Shown piece after piece: positions 48,310 to 60,581 of a stretch of 64,000 bases of DNA. The notes under the pieces are model-generated. The model saw only the letters and a list, made by a program, of their open reading frames with translations, was not told where the DNA came from and did no database searches. Each line of letters begins with the position of its first letter. The stretch's first letter is position 1. Position numbers and translations under genes: made by a program. This DNA is from Spirochaetia bacterium. Lineage in GTDB: Bacteria > Spirochaetota > Spirochaetia > CAKZLE01. The DNA is taken from the NCBI GenBank assembly GCA_963677595.1, contig OY782041.1:3552001-3616000 (forward strand), written 5' to 3'.

Positions 48310-49215
48310 ATGAATAGGCAGCGAATAGGGCAGACAAAGGGTAGGGATGCATTCTTCTTCCTGCTGCCTCTGGCCCTGTTAGTGGGGTTCTTCCTTCTCT
48401 ACAGCATCTTCTTCATCCTGAAGAACGGTTTCTACAGGATGGATCTCTCATTCTCCAATACGGAGTTCATCGGCCTTGATAACTACCGGACCCTCTTTGC
48501 CGACCCCCTGTTCTTCAGGAGCATCGGTAACAACCTGGTCTTCTCCCTGGTCGTGGTCATATCAGGCATCACGATCGGGTTCCTGTTCGCGACCTTCCTC
48601 TCGCTGAACATCAGGTTCAGCAAGTTGATGTTCGCCGTCATCTTCGTGCCCTCGATCTTGCCGCGGGCCCTTGTCACCACGGTCTTCCGCCAGATGCTCG
48701 AGCACCATACCGGGACGCTCAACGGGCTCCTCTCCATGATCGGAGTGAACACCGAGAACCTGATGTGGCTCACGAATCCCACGCTTGCGTATCTCTCGGT
48801 CATGAGCATCTTCATCTATATGATCGGGATCCCCATGCTCTATTACAATGCTGAGCTGGGAGCGATCCCCCCAAGCATCCTTGAGTCAGCTCGGATCGAC
48901 GGCGCCGGTCTATGGACCATGCTCACCAGGATCCTCTATCCCCTGGCAGCCAACAGTCATAAGACGATCATCATATCATCGATCCTGGCAAGCTTCAGGA
49001 TGTTCGAGTCTGTCTTCCTCCTGACCAACAGTGGACCGGGTTTCGCGACAGAGATCACCGGCACCTATATCTACCGATTTACCAGGCAGGGATCGCAGGT
49101 AGGGTTCGTCTGCGCAGCGGCTACCGTGGTCCTGCTCATCGCCCTGGTCTTCGCATTGATCCAGACCTCTGTACTGTACCGATCTATAACACCGAAACGC
49201 AGGAGGGCATCATGA
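48310..49215 (+). CDS. Carbohydrate ABC transporter permease
   Basis: FIGLDNY, EAA loop ESARIDGA. Confidence 0.9.
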   Translation: MNRQRIGQTKGRDAFFFLLPLALLVGFFLLYSIFFILKNGFYRMDLSFSNTEFIGLDNYRTLFADPLFFRSIGNNLVFSLVVVISGITIGFLFATFLSLNIRFSKLMFAVIFVPSILPRALVTTVFRQMLEHHTGTLNGLLSMIGVNTENLMWLTNPTLAYLSVMSIFIYMIGIPMLYYNAELGAIPPSILESARIDGAGLWTMLTRILYPLAANSHKTIIISSILASFRMFESVFLLTNSGPGFATEITGTYIYRFTRQGSQVGFVCAAATVVLLIALVFALIQTSVLYRSITPKRRRAS

Positions 49216-50036
49216 AGGAGCAGGGATTGTTCACATTGGAGAGGCGCAGCAGGGCTGCTGCCGGGTTCTTCATCGGTCTGGTGACCCTCATCTGGCTGAT
49301 CCCCGTAGGTTCGGCCCTGTTCAACTCCACCAAGTTCTTCGGCCTGGCGAACTATACCTATGTGCTCACAAGCAAGATAAACGGGATATACTTCTTCCAG
49401 GCCCTCATCAATTCGTTCATCATCGCATCCTTGTCAGTCCTGCTGACGACCAGTGTTTCCGCACTGGCTGGGTTCTGCTTCTCGAAGATCGATTTCAGGC
49501 TGAGCAATGTCCTCTACATCCTGACCCTGGCACTGCTCTCTATCCCGGGAGTCACGATCCTGATACCCCTGTTCTTCAGCCTGAAGGAGTTGGGGCTGCT
49601 GAACACCTATCTCTCGATCTCGCTCCCCCAGGTGGCGCTGACCTTACCGTTCGGTGTCCTGCTGATGAGGAATGCCTATGACGGGATCCATAATGACTTC
49701 ATGGGAGCTGCATCCATCGACGGTGCCAGCATGTTCCAGACGTTCTCCATGATCTATCTTCCCCTGAGCAAACCCGCCCTGGTCAATCTTGGGATCCTTC
49801 AGTTCGTCTGGTCCTTCCAGGACTTCCTGCTCCCTACTTTCCTGCTCTCCAAACGGTCACTGACGACCGCTACCCAGATGGTGAGCAGCTTCAATCGTAC
49901 CCAGACGATCTCACCGAAGGATATCGGGGGATACAATGCGGCACTGGTGCTTCTTGCAGTACCCGTTGTCATCATCTTCATCATATTCAGCAGCCAGATC
50001 AAGAAGGGGCTGACCTCCGGCGGGATCAAGGGCTAG
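49212..50036 (+). CDS. Carbohydrate ABC transporter permease
   Basis: NSFIIA, AASIDGAS, PLSKP, GLTSGGIKG. Confidence 0.9.
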   Translation: MKEQGLFTLERRSRAAAGFFIGLVTLIWLIPVGSALFNSTKFFGLANYTYVLTSKINGIYFFQALINSFIIASLSVLLTTSVSALAGFCFSKIDFRLSNVLYILTLALLSIPGVTILIPLFFSLKELGLLNTYLSISLPQVALTLPFGVLLMRNAYDGIHNDFMGAASIDGASMFQTFSMIYLPLSKPALVNLGILQFVWSFQDFLLPTFLLSKRSLTTATQMVSSFNRTQTISPKDIGGYNAALVLLAVPVVIIFIIFSSQIKKGLTSGGIKG

Positions 50037-50063
50037 GCATGACTCATACGAATAGGACCACAC

Positions 50064-52381
<2,318 letters not shown>

Positions 52382-52391
<10 letters not shown>

Positions 52392-53401
52392 CACTGAGAG
52401 ATATCGCAGAGAGGACAGGAGTCTCCCTCGGGACGGTTTCCCGTTTCATAAATGGAGAGACAGTCAGGAAGAATACTCGTGAGAAGCTTGAGAAGGCGAT
52501 CGATGACCTTGGGTATGAGGAGAATATCGTGACCAGGGCAAGGAGGACCGGACAGTCGATGACGATCGCCGTCATCGTCTCGGAGATCAATGTCGAGTTC
52601 TTCATGAGCATCATCGAAGCGATGGATGATGCCCTGCGGGATCATCAGTACAGTATCCTGCTCTGCAACTTCCATCGTGATCCTAATCTGCTCAAGCAAA
52701 GGCTCTCCGAACTCAGGCATCGATCTATCGATGGGCTTGTGCTGTTCCCGTCCGGCCTGGAAGGGGATGTGGTCTCGGAACTGAAGGAGTTCCTGAATGA
52801 GAGAAAACCGGTCATCGTCATCGATGACAAGGTACACGGGCTTGATACCGATTCGATCACCTCAGACAACTATCATGCGGCATTCAGTGCGACTGAATAC
52901 CTGATCAACCATGGCCATAGGAGGATCGCTTTCCTGGCGGGTAGGAAGAGTTCCTATGTCGGTATGGATCGATACCGGGGCTGCAGGGATGCCTTTGACA
53001 CCTATGACATTCCCTGGGATGAGTCGATGGTCAGGTGGGCCGACTTCAGCGCAAAGAAGGGATCAGCCTGCTTCAATGAGCTTATCGCAGCTGGTAACCC
53101 GCCAACTGCCATCTTCCCGATGAGTTACGATATGACGATGGGGGTGCTGCTGTCGATCGTGAACATGCAGATCACCATACCTGATGAACTCTCAATCTTC
53201 GGGTTCGACAACTTCGCGGTAAGCGAGGCGATCTCGCCTGGACTGACCTTGATAGAACAGCCGACGGAGAGGATAGGCAGGCTTGCTGCCGAACTGCTCA
53301 TCGAGCGAATTCAGGGACGATGGAAGGACTTCCCACGGGAGACCGTGCTCAAGACGAAGATGGTCATCAAGAAATCTGTTGCTGCTATCCAGGAGCGTTG
53401 A
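52382..53401 (+). CDS. LacI family transcriptional regulator
   Basis: TLRDIAERTGVSLGTVSRFIN, GHRRIA, IPDELSIFGFD. Confidence 0.95.
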
Positions 53402-53936
53402 CCAGGTCAAACTCAAGCTGTATGCTCCCCGGTTCCCTGGAGGCGATCAACTGGTTGTATTCTTCTGCCTCGACACAACCCATCCTGCTGTAGAAGGTGA
53501 TGGTATGGGGTGAGCACAGCGATGATATATAGAGTTTCTTCGCCCCGAAGTCCCTCGCTGCACGGCATGCATGCCCGAAGAGCATCCTTCCGTGTCCCTG
53601 CCTCCTCGACTCACTGGATATATGGAAGTGGGAGAGCTGCACATAATCCCGCTGCATCCCGAACCTGAACGATTCCAGGGAGAAGAACCCGATGAGCCTC
53701 TCACCCTCGAAGAGCCCGGAGACGTTGCCCCCCATGCCGATGGTCTTATGCAGGTCGAGCAGGAGGTAGTAGCGCTGCGTCTCGTTCCAGTCCCGGGTGT
53801 CGTTATGGGGCTCGAGTTTCCAGAGGTTCTCCGCCCGTTTCCAGCACTGGGTGATCTCCTGGTGCCTGTTGAAGGCGGTGAAGAGTTCCGCCGAGAGGTC
53901 CTGGTGCCTGAGCTGCCGTATGTCCGTGTTCTTCAT
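53385..53936 (-). CDS. GNAT family N-acetyltransferase
   Basis: RRQGHGRMLF acetyl-CoA motif, FYSRMG. Confidence 0.85.
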   Translation of the reverse strand: MKNTDIRQLRHQDLSAELFTAFNRHQEITQCWKRAENLWKLEPHNDTRDWNETQRYYLLLDLHKTIGMGGNVSGLFEGERLIGFFSLESFRFGMQRDYVQLSHFHISSESRRQGHGRMLFGHACRAARDFGAKKLYISSLCSPHTITFYSRMGCVEAEEYNQLIASREPGSIQLEFDLVNAPG

Positions 53937-54749
53937 CTAACGGTATACCTTCCCGATGATCGCCAGGTAGAGCGTGTAGGCACCTGAGAGGGCGATCGAG
54001 ATGGAGGCGGCTATGAGAACTGAAAGATAGGACGCTTCGTAAAAGGTAATGTGGCGCACGAGGATACCCGAGAGGGCCCAGGTGACCACGATCGCATACC
54101 AGATGTCATGCTTGCGGTAGAGCGCCGCAGCAGTGAGCAGCAGGGCGATGAGGATGAGCGCCGCAGTCCAGAACTGCGGTGTCGCAGGTGTCCCGTCCCA
54201 GCCAAGGCTGACTGCCAGTACCGCGGCATTCGCGACGGTGGCTATCGTGATCCACCCGGTATAGATGCTGACCGGCACGTGGAGGAAGGTCCGAACGGTC
54301 GGGTGAACTACGACCGTCCCGATCCCAAGCAGTCTGTAGGTCCGTACCAGGGAGATGAGGATGATGACCATCAGCACCATGCTCAGCAGGATGAACCGGT
54401 GGTGCCAGCTGAAGATCCACCCGATGTTGGCTGCACACGATAGTGCGAACCAGGGACCGACACCTATGATGAGCTCCTTGTCAGGGTGCGACGGCGTGAA
54501 GGCAAGGTAGGTCTGGTAGACACAGAATCCGAGGAGCAGGAGGTAGATGACTCCCCAGATCGCGAAGGTGTACCCTGCCGGGGTGAAGAGCGTCTCATAT
54601 GCCCCTGATACCTCAGCCGTGGTGACACCGCCGATCGGCAGCAGGTTCGCAAGCACATTGACCGTGATCATGCCGGCACATAAGAGATCGTTCACCAGGG
54701 CATACCCCTTGAGCGTATGGTCTCTTCTCACTACAGGGTTCCTCCTCAT
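53937..54749 (-). CDS. TspO-like (tryptophan-rich sensory) membrane protein
   Basis: FTPAGYTFAIWGVIY, SIYTGWITIATVAN; TGATG overlap with the upstream gene. Confidence 0.75.
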   Translation of the reverse strand: MRRNPVVRRDHTLKGYALVNDLLCAGMITVNVLANLLPIGGVTTAEVSGAYETLFTPAGYTFAIWGVIYLLLLGFCVYQTYLAFTPSHPDKELIIGVGPWFALSCAANIGWIFSWHHRFILLSMVLMVIILISLVRTYRLLGIGTVVVHPTVRTFLHVPVSIYTGWITIATVANAAVLAVSLGWDGTPATPQFWTAALILIALLLTAAALYRKHDIWYAIVVTWALSGILVRHITFYEASYLSVLIAASISIALSGAYTLYLAIIGKVYR

Positions 54750-55906
54750 CAATCTTCCCATATACTGATCATATCACCGGTATCGTCAAAGAGGTAGATG
54801 ATCTCGTCGCGATTGTTGATCTGGAAGGGCAGGGCGTCATGCGTGACCTCCAGGTAGGTAGATGGACGTAGCACCCGGGAGGCGAAGCGGTAGGCATTCG
54901 GGTCGTTCTTATCCCCCAGGACCCAGCCGCGCAGCTGCACAGGCCTGTCTGTCGGGTTGTAGAGGGTGACGCTCTCCGAATCTGTCGGGGAGGTCACGAC
55001 CTCCGCGATATAGACATGGTCGCCTACGATGGATTCCGCCTTCGTCCCCGCTCCACCGGGGTCGAACGAGATCGCCGGGAGCACTCCCGAACCCCCATCA
55101 TCATCATAGTCAGTGGAGAAGCGGGCCGAGATCGGCCGGTGGTCGGATACCGCGAGCTTTGCAGCATCGTCATCCGCAAAGAGGATCTCGTCGAAACGGT
55201 AGGCCCCCTCGAAGGCGATGAACTCGCTGTGGTTGGTCTCTCCCTCAGGGAGCCACATATTGTCGTAGGAGCTGGTATCGGTGATGGTCGTCTTCAGCCC
55301 CGGCGATACCAGCGGTGTGTAGCCGTTCATGTTCCAGCCGTTGTCGGAGGCGGGCATGTTGAAGTCCCCGAGGAGGATGATGTCCCCCTCATCCCCGTTG
55401 AGTGCATCGATGAGGGCCATGAGGTCGTCAAGGAGCACGATCTCCTCCCTCCTGTCGGATTTGGAGTCACCGAAGAGGATATGGTTGGAGACGAGGGTGA
55501 AATCGAAGGCACCTGCCTGGAAGGAGGCCACAGCCGGTTCCCGGATGAACACATCACCCGGGTCATCGATGACCATCGCCGGGGAGAGGGGGGTGACCCG
55601 GTCCGTCCGGTAGAGGAAAGCATAGAGCTCCTTGACCCCCCTGCCGACCGGCTCCGAGGCCGTGTACTCCCAGCCGGGGAGCATCCCGGTGAGCCGGTCG
55701 AGGACGCGGGTGTCCCGCACCTCCTGCACGGCAACGAGGTCGTACCGCTCGATGATCGAGGCGATCTGTGCCAGCTCTGAGTCATCCCTGCTCCCGTCCG
55801 AAAGGATCCTGATGTTCCAGCTCGCCAGCAGGAGGTCCTCCGCGGGAAGGAGTGATGAGGTAAGTATCAGCAGTATCGTTATGAGGATCGTTCTTATCTT
55901 TATCAT
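54749..55906 (-). CDS. Secreted DNase I-like (EEP) nuclease with C-terminal lamin-tail domain
   Basis: Signal peptide, ASWNI, AVQEV, FIREP, LGDFN, YDN, SDHRPI; LTD-like VTLYNPT..VQLRGWVL.D. Confidence 0.85.
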   Translation of the reverse strand: MIKIRTILITILLILTSSLLPAEDLLLASWNIRILSDGSRDDSELAQIASIIERYDLVAVQEVRDTRVLDRLTGMLPGWEYTASEPVGRGVKELYAFLYRTDRVTPLSPAMVIDDPGDVFIREPAVASFQAGAFDFTLVSNHILFGDSKSDRREEIVLLDDLMALIDALNGDEGDIILLGDFNMPASDNGWNMNGYTPLVSPGLKTTITDTSSYDNMWLPEGETNHSEFIAFEGAYRFDEILFADDDAAKLAVSDHRPISARFSTDYDDDGGSGVLPAISFDPGGAGTKAESIVGDHVYIAEVVTSPTDSESVTLYNPTDRPVQLRGWVLGDKNDPNAYRFASRVLRPSTYLEVTHDALPFQINNRDEIIYLFDDTGDMISIWED

Positions 55907-55993
55907 ATACAGGACTCTGTATACCCATTATACCTGATTTCACCTAGAAAGAGTATGAAGATCGTTGAGAAAGATAAGAAATTCCGGGGTTCA

Positions 55994-56449
55994 TCAGCGA
56001 CTCAGGTGCGACTCATAGATCCTGATCCACTCATCGGGAGTCATCCTCCCGGCAAGTTCCCCGATCAGGCTGATGGGGATGAGTCCAGGCTTCCTGAACC
56101 GGATACAGCTCTTCCCCATATCGAGTTTCCCGATGCCCAGGAGGCCGTACGCCCCGGTGAACCAAGAGAGGAGACCCTTATCGGCATAGATGCCGAGGTG
56201 GTAGAAGCTGATGTACTGCTTCTGGGAGGCGAAGGAGATGAAGGGCAGGGGTATACCCGTATCCCCGCGGTACCCGGCCGGGTAGAGGCTGAGCGGGACG
56301 GAGTAGGAGGGCATGCCGTAGGAAATACCCTCCTCGAACCCTTCGGGAAGATGCTCGAGCAGTACGGCCCGCAGGGCCTCGAGCGGTCCCTTCCGGTCTG
56401 CCGGTACGGCTGCGATATACTCATCTACGGTAGCGGCTTCGTATCTCAT
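55994..56449 (-). CDS. DUF1801 domain protein
   Basis: TVDEYIA, EEGISYGMP, FASQKQYIS, DMGKSCIRF. Confidence 0.85.
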   Translation of the reverse strand: MRYEAATVDEYIAAVPADRKGPLEALRAVLLEHLPEGFEEGISYGMPSYSVPLSLYPAGYRGDTGIPLPFISFASQKQYISFYHLGIYADKGLLSWFTGAYGLLGIGKLDMGKSCIRFRKPGLIPISLIGELAGRMTPDEWIRIYESHLSR

Positions 56450-56558
56450 AGGTATACCGTACAGGGAATCCCGGGAGCTTTCAAGAACTTTCCCTTGATG
56501 TGACTACAGAAGTATGGTTTCATAGGGTAGAAAATATGCACATCGACTGGAGGCTGGA

Positions 56559-57182
56559 ATGAACAGGAGTGTCAAGATCATAGGGATCACCGGGGGATCG
56601 GGCTCGGGTAAATCGACCATCGTGCGGAAGATATCGGAGATCGTCCCCGATTTCGTCTTCCTTCCCCAGGACAACTACTATAAGTCAGCGGAATTCATCT
56701 CGAACTCCAACATCACGGCCTTCAACTTCGACCATCCCGAGGCCTTCGATACCGCCCTGCTCCATGAACACCTCTCTGCCCTGAAGTCCTTCGAACCGGT
56801 CGAGATGCCGGTCTATGACTTTGTCCACCACCGGAGGAGCGAGGAGACCGTCCGGGTGGAACCCCGGAGCCTCGTGATCATCGAGGGGCTGATGGTGCTG
56901 TACGACCCGAAGATCAGGGAACTCCTTGACCTCAAGCTCTATGTCGATACCCCTGATGACATCAGGTTCATCAGGAGGATGAACCGGGACGTTCAGGAAC
57001 GCGGCCGGACGGTGGAGTCGATCGTGAAGCAGTACCTGGAAGTCGTGCGGCCGGGCCACTTCGAGTTCATCGAGCCGATGAAGATCTATGCGGACATCAT
57101 CATACCGGAAGGGGGCTATAACGAGAACGCCCTGAACGTGCTCATCCCCTTCGTGCGGGAGATCACGCAGGGAAACCAGTGA
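56559..57182 (+). CDS. udk: Uridine kinase
   Basis: GITGGSGSGKST, QDNYY, NFDHPEAFD, RDVQERGR, ADIIIPEG. Confidence 0.95.
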   Translation: MNRSVKIIGITGGSGSGKSTIVRKISEIVPDFVFLPQDNYYKSAEFISNSNITAFNFDHPEAFDTALLHEHLSALKSFEPVEMPVYDFVHHRRSEETVRVEPRSLVIIEGLMVLYDPKIRELLDLKLYVDTPDDIRFIRRMNRDVQERGRTVESIVKQYLEVVRPGHFEFIEPMKIYADIIIPEGGYNENALNVLIPFVREITQGNQ

Positions 57183-57189
57183 ACATGAG

Positions 57190-57483
57190 TCACCGGTCCC
57201 GGAAGTTCCGGTAGTCGATCTTGATCTGCTGCCAGCTGACCTCGTCGGGTACCGGGTCCTCACCCCCGGTGAACATGGAGTGGCAGCGCCCGACGCGAAA
57301 GATCCCGAGCAGCAGGCCCTTGATCACCCCGTGCCTGTTGATGGCGTCGATCGTATAGGAAGAGCAGCTCGGAGTGTAGATGCAGCGGTTCGGGATGAGG
57401 GGGGAGATGAGGTGACGGTAGATGAGGATGGGCAGGATGAAGATCATCCGTACTCCCTTCTTGACAAAATCCCATAAACGCAT
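57190..57483 (-). CDS. yidD: Membrane protein insertion efficiency factor
   Basis: ISPL..CIYTPSCSSY, HG..KG, RCH..GGEDPVP. Confidence 0.92.
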   Translation of the reverse strand: MRLWDFVKKGVRMIFILPILIYRHLISPLIPNRCIYTPSCSSYTIDAINRHGVIKGLLLGIFRVGRCHSMFTGGEDPVPDEVSWQQIKIDYRNFRDR

Positions 57484-57591
57484 ATAGTTAACATAGAGAA
57501 AAACAAGGGATTGGGCAACAAACCCTTTGACCAAACAGGGATGTTTCTATATATTGTTAGAACCTGTGAGAACTATTGGAGGATTATCAAT

Positions 57592-57762
57592 ATGGCTGGA
57601 CCTATATCCAAAAACGCCCGACGAGAAGGTGCTCAGACACTTACCAGTCGATGGGGCGGAACGATCAAGATGAAATCGGTGTTCGAGAACGGTAAGATGA
57701 AGCATATGGCTTACTGTGAGAAGACCGGCAACACAGCACGAAAAGCAAAAGACCTGATGTAG
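57592..57762 (+). CDS. Small basic protein (56 aa), candidate spirochaetal ribosomal protein bL38-like
   Basis: RBS ggagg, own terminator, K/R-rich; the identity is an inference. Confidence 0.7.
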   Translation: MAGPISKNARREGAQTLTSRWGGTIKMKSVFENGKMKHMAYCEKTGNTARKAKDLM

Positions 57763-57784
57763 TCTTTGCATCTTGTGCAAGAGA

Positions 57785-57818
57785 AGACCTTGATGAATAT
57801 CATCCAAGGTCTTTTTTT
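57785..57818 (+). terminator. Intrinsic terminator
   Basis: aagaccttg / caaggtctt stem plus T-run. Confidence 0.8.
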
Positions 57819-57879
57819 TGGAGTCTGCCCGGGAATGAGAACCCGGATGGATATCCCGTCCTGACGAGAAAGAATCCGT

Positions 57880-58527
57880 ATGAAGAACGTTATGAACGAT
57901 CCTATGGCCGTGGGCTACCTGAGTCCCACGAAAGCGAAGACCCGCAAGAAGATCCTGCAGAAGAGCCGCAGGCTGTTCGAGCGGCAGGGGATCGCACAGA
58001 CGACCATCAAGGATATCATCAAGTCAGCTGAGATCACCAGGCCTACCTTCTATGCCTATTTCCCAGAGAAACGTGAAATCATCCTGGCAGTCCTCTACCA
58101 GTGCTTCTCAGAGCTCTATGACTTCCCCGAACCGCCCCAGGTGGACTCTCCCCTGGAGAACCTGAAGAACCTGCTGCATACCGTACTCGACCGGTACCTC
58201 GACTGCCCGAAGATCATGAAGCTCATCGTAGAGTACTACCAGATCTTCAGCACTCCCCAGACCGCCGAGGAGGCTGGTTTTGCCCAGCTTTCCGGGATCC
58301 GGCAATTCTATGACGTCATGAACCGGAACATCGATGCACTGCTGCTCGAGCAGCCTGAACTCTCGAGAGATGACGTACAGAAGCGGTTCTTCACCATCTT
58401 CAACTTCAATATTGCCCTTGGGATGCGTTACAGCCTGCGCTCCGCCCCCTTCATCGGGTACCAGATTCGCATCGACCGGGAGAGCCTCCATGAGGGCCTC
58501 GGCGAGCTGACCGACCTGCTTCCGTAA
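57880..58527 (+). CDS. TetR/AcrR family regulator
   Basis: LFERQGIAQTTIKDIIKSAEITRPTFYAYFPEK HTH. Confidence 0.9.
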   Translation: MKNVMNDPMAVGYLSPTKAKTRKKILQKSRRLFERQGIAQTTIKDIIKSAEITRPTFYAYFPEKREIILAVLYQCFSELYDFPEPPQVDSPLENLKNLLHTVLDRYLDCPKIMKLIVEYYQIFSTPQTAEEAGFAQLSGIRQFYDVMNRNIDALLLEQPELSRDDVQKRFFTIFNFNIALGMRYSLRSAPFIGYQIRIDRESLHEGLGELTDLLP

Positions 58528-58650
58528 CCCATTGCAACATAAGAAAAAATTATCTTATTGCAGTGATCTCGTCTGACGAGTGCGGTTGCCTGCACTGCTA
58601 TAATATTTAATACACTATAAAATAAATATTTAACACAGTATAAAATTTAT

Positions 58651-58679
58651 TTGACATATGAGATGTATGCTTATACAAT
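58651..58679 (+). promoter_or_regulatory. Near-consensus sigma70 promoter with overlapping palindrome
   Basis: ttgaca-N17-tacaat; TGTAT-gctt-ATACA at 58664-58677; AT-rich upstream region. Confidence 0.7.
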
Positions 58680-58738
58680 GATTATGCATTCCAGCTCTAC
58701 TCCAGCATTAGCTCATCACCAGATGAATCTGAAGGGGG

Positions 58739-59281
58739 TTACATTCCCCGCCCCTTGGGGCGGTTGAGTATGATACATTAGAAGGATGGATGAACATATC
58801 TATAAAAGTCATAACAAGACCCTTCTAATGTATCATTTGGTATTTCCGGCAAAGTATAGACGGAAGATCTTTATCCATGAGGTAGAGGAAAGCCTAAAAG
58901 AGATTTGCCTGGGAATCGAACAACGGTACGAGTTACGATTTATCGAGATAGGATTGGAAGAAGACCATGTACACTTTTTGGTACAAGGGATTCCGACGAT
59001 GCCCGTGAGTAAAATCGTAACGACCATCAAAAGTATCACCGCAAGGGAGATCTTTAAGAGGCATCCAAAGATTAGACGGGAACAGTTATGGGGAGGATCA
59101 TTGTGGACAGCAGGGTTTTACGCAAATACCGTTGGGTTGTACGCAGGGAAGGAAACCATAAGAAGATACATAGAGAATCAAGGGAAACAGGACGAATACA
59201 AGAAAATCTATTCGGGTCAGATAGAACTTGATTTTAACCAATGACTAGGATACCCCGACCCTTGGGTCGGGGAGGATGTCA
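58739..59281 (+). mobile_element. IS200/IS605-family element, tnpA only (ends approximate)
   Basis: Subterminal hairpins ccgcccc-tt-ggggcgg (left) and ccccgaccc-tt-gggtcgggg followed by aggatgtca (right); no tnpB. Confidence 0.88.
58786..59244 (+). CDS. tnpA: IS200/IS605 family HUH (Y1) transposase
   Basis: YHLVFPAKYRR, EDHVHFL (HUH), LWGGSLW, IRRYIENQ. Confidence 0.95.
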   Translation: MDEHIYKSHNKTLLMYHLVFPAKYRRKIFIHEVEESLKEICLGIEQRYELRFIEIGLEEDHVHFLVQGIPTMPVSKIVTTIKSITAREIFKRHPKIRREQLWGGSLWTAGFYANTVGLYAGKETIRRYIENQGKQDEYKKIYSGQIELDFNQ

Positions 59282-59347
59282 TTGCATGGCGGGACTCTCC
59301 CTGCGGGAATGAGTCTCCCTTCATAAACGGCTATCCAGGAGTGTTCT

Positions 59348-60544
59348 ATGACCAATATGACCGAGAAGGCGCGTGCCCTGCAGAAGGATCTTGTAGCTAT
59401 CCGGCGTGAGCTCCACCAGCATGCTGAGAGCGGTTTCGACCTTCCCCGGACGATCAGCCAGGTAAAAGGAGAGCTCACAGCAGCCGGGATAGCCTTCCAG
59501 GAGATCGGCAATTCCGGCCTCACGGCCCTGATCGGGCCAGAAAGTACCGGGAGCGTCTTCCTCCTCAGGGCAGATATGGACGGCCTGCCGATCTCCGAAG
59601 CGGCCGACCTTGGTTTCAGGTCGGAGACCGGGAACATGCACGCCTGCGGGCATGACCTCCATACGACCATGCTCCTTGGGGCGGCACGCCTATTGAAGGC
59701 GCATGAATCGGAGTTGAAGGGCAGGGTTAAACTGCTCTTCCAGCCGGCAGAGGAACTGCTCAGGGGGGCTTCCTCCATGGTAGAGGCTGGTATACTTGAG
59801 AACCCGGACGTTGATGCCGGTATGATGCTCCATGTACTGAGTGACAGGAACATCCCGACCGGGAAGGCCCTGATTATGCAGGAAGGGCCTATCCTCGCAT
59901 CCCATGATCGGTTCGAGATCACCATCAGGGGAAAGGGGTGCCACGGCGCCATGCCGAACACCGGGGTCGATCCCCTGGTTGCCATGAGCAATATACACCT
60001 CGCCATCCATGAGATCTACTCGCGGGAGATCGGGCCCGATGACTTCCTCGTCGCGACAGTCGGTCAGATGACCGGGGGGGCTACGGCGAACGTGATCCCC
60101 GACTCCGCCTATATGCAGGGGACCATCAGGACCTATGACCCTTCAATCAGGGAACTGTCAAAAGAACGGATCGAGGAACTCGCCGTATCGATCGCCCAGG
60201 CGTATCGATGCAGGGCTGAGGTAACCTTCCACAGCCCCTGCCCGGCGATGCAGAATGACCCGGCGCTGAGGGAGGCGACGAAGCGGTATGCTGGCGAGGT
60301 CTTCGGAGAGGATGAGGTCATCGACCTCGGGGCAATGGGGAAGGGGCGGATGTCCGCTTCCGAGGATTTCGCCTTCATCGCATCAAGGATCCCTGCCGCG
60401 GCTGTTATGATCTCATCGAGCAATACCGATGGGGAGGTCTACCCGATGCACCATCCGAAGGTGACCTTCGATGAGTCAGTCCTCTCGAAGGGGGCAGCTT
60501 TACTGGCACATTCTGCGATGAGCTGGCTTGAGGAACATCAGTAG
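59348..60544 (+). CDS. M20 family amidohydrolase (M20D/hippurate hydrolase-like)
   Basis: RRELHQHAE, LRADMDGLP, MHACGHDLH, FQPAEE, GKGCHGAMP, SEDF, HHP. Confidence 0.93.
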   Translation: MTNMTEKARALQKDLVAIRRELHQHAESGFDLPRTISQVKGELTAAGIAFQEIGNSGLTALIGPESTGSVFLLRADMDGLPISEAADLGFRSETGNMHACGHDLHTTMLLGAARLLKAHESELKGRVKLLFQPAEELLRGASSMVEAGILENPDVDAGMMLHVLSDRNIPTGKALIMQEGPILASHDRFEITIRGKGCHGAMPNTGVDPLVAMSNIHLAIHEIYSREIGPDDFLVATVGQMTGGATANVIPDSAYMQGTIRTYDPSIRELSKERIEELAVSIAQAYRCRAEVTFHSPCPAMQNDPALREATKRYAGEVFGEDEVIDLGAMGKGRMSASEDFAFIASRIPAAAVMISSSNTDGEVYPMHHPKVTFDESVLSKGAALLAHSAMSWLEEHQ

Positions 60545-60581
60545 AAGAGGGAAAATCAATAATAACAAGGGGTAATGGGTA

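Noticed and set aside
58786-59281. TnpB/IscB RNA-guided nuclease or RAYT system
   Set aside because: The element ends about 35 bp after tnpA with no second ORF, and the protein is a plain IS200-type TnpA.
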